DNA from: an uncultured Cytophagales bacterium
GTDB lineage: Bacteria > Bacteroidota > Bacteroidia > Cytophagales > Cyclobacteriaceae
DNA length: 64,000 bases
Direction of reading: 5' to 3'
NCBI GenBank assembly: GCA_963729575.1
Contig: CAVSOK010000020.1
Coordinates: 195,611 to 259,610 of the forward strand
Each line of letters begins with the position of its first letter. Positions within the stretch are counted from its first letter, which is position 1. The position numbers and the translations under genes are program-made. Under the pieces are notes generated by a model. That model saw only the letters and a program-made list of their open reading frames with translations, was not told the DNA's origin and did no database searches. Shown here piece by piece: positions 63,503 to 64,000 of this stretch.

Positions 63503-63865
63503 CTAAAGCGAAATAGTGACCGATTTGTGTTCGCCCGCAATAACCTGAAAGGGTTGCATACGGTCCGAGTTTAACCCAGTGGAAGTCCGCGTCCAGTAGC
63601 GAATATAGTAGTTACCGTAGTTTAGCTTTCCAGCGTCAAGGGTTATATCGTTTCCGCCACTTAAATTAACCTTTTCCCATGATTTAAATGGACTGCTATC
63701 TTCTTCTTTGAAGAACAGGTGTAGGTCAATTTCGGCTCCTTCCGTATTCTGGAAGACTCTCGTTTTAAGCGTGATAGAAGCACTGCCTGTGAGCGTATCT
63801 TCTTCGCTGCAAGAGCTTACTGAAAGTAAGAAAAAGAGACATAAAATAGTTGGATATGATTTCAT
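63503..63865 (-). CDS. Hypothetical lipoprotein
   Basis: Leader ending VSSC followed by the acidic stretch SEED, then a beta-rich body. Confidence 0.65.
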   Translation of the reverse strand: MKSYPTILCLFFLLSVSSCSEEDTLTGSASITLKTRVFQNTEGAEIDLHLFFKEEDSSPFKSWEKVNLSGGNDITLDAGKLNYGNYYIRYWTRTSTGLNSDRMQPFQVIAGEHKSVTISL

Positions 63866-64000
63866 CTTTATTAAAATTTATAAACCTTCACTGCTGTGTT
63901 AATCGCTATTAGTGAACGATAATGAGCCAATACACGCGCCAGCCGGTAAAAAGTTGTGTCCGTAACTAACAATATTTTTATAAAGATACATCAAAAGGTT

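Noticed and set aside
1450-63902. Numerous short ORFs antisense to or overlapping the real genes in the ORF track
   Set aside because: They are shadow frames of well-supported genes, with no motifs or independent expression signals.
63940-64000. GTTGTGTCC near the window end as another cassette core site
   Set aside because: No matching inverse core or convincing hairpin is visible, and the context is cut by the window edge.

Overview
This window looks like chromosomal DNA from a Bacteroidota bacterium, probably Cytophagales. That is an inference from the SusC/SusD pair, TAnnTTTG -7 promoter elements, AT-rich leaders without Shine-Dalgarno sites, and the pheT-zapB-zapA-rny synteny. Housekeeping genes are manC-gmd-fcl, dxs, scpA, ndk, carB, tag, suhB, lnt, rsmI, pheT, zapA and rny. 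Accessory modules are a TetR/hydrolase pair with two operator copies, a peptidase/epimerase cluster, a cadherin-NHL lipoprotein next to a hybrid two-component sensor, a LytS/LytTR-TPR-TonB receptor module, and a SusC/SusD-propeller-VCBS locus with no recognisable CAZyme. I saw no rRNA, tRNA, CRISPR array, integrase or DDE transposase. Many genes carry single-base indels, probably long-read consensus errors. Three candidates stand out. (1) A three-gene operon encodes a STAS/SEC14 protein, an insect-AANAT-like GNAT and a group II PLP decarboxylase, and could make N-acylated biogenic amines. (2) A decayed gene-cassette-like array with attC-like hairpins lies directly after carB, with no integrase in view. 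(3) A family of intergenic hairpins built from inverted 7/8-nt periodic repeats recurs across the window, and one copy encloses a four-helix-bundle gene. All family assignments come from motif recognition by eye, not from database searches.
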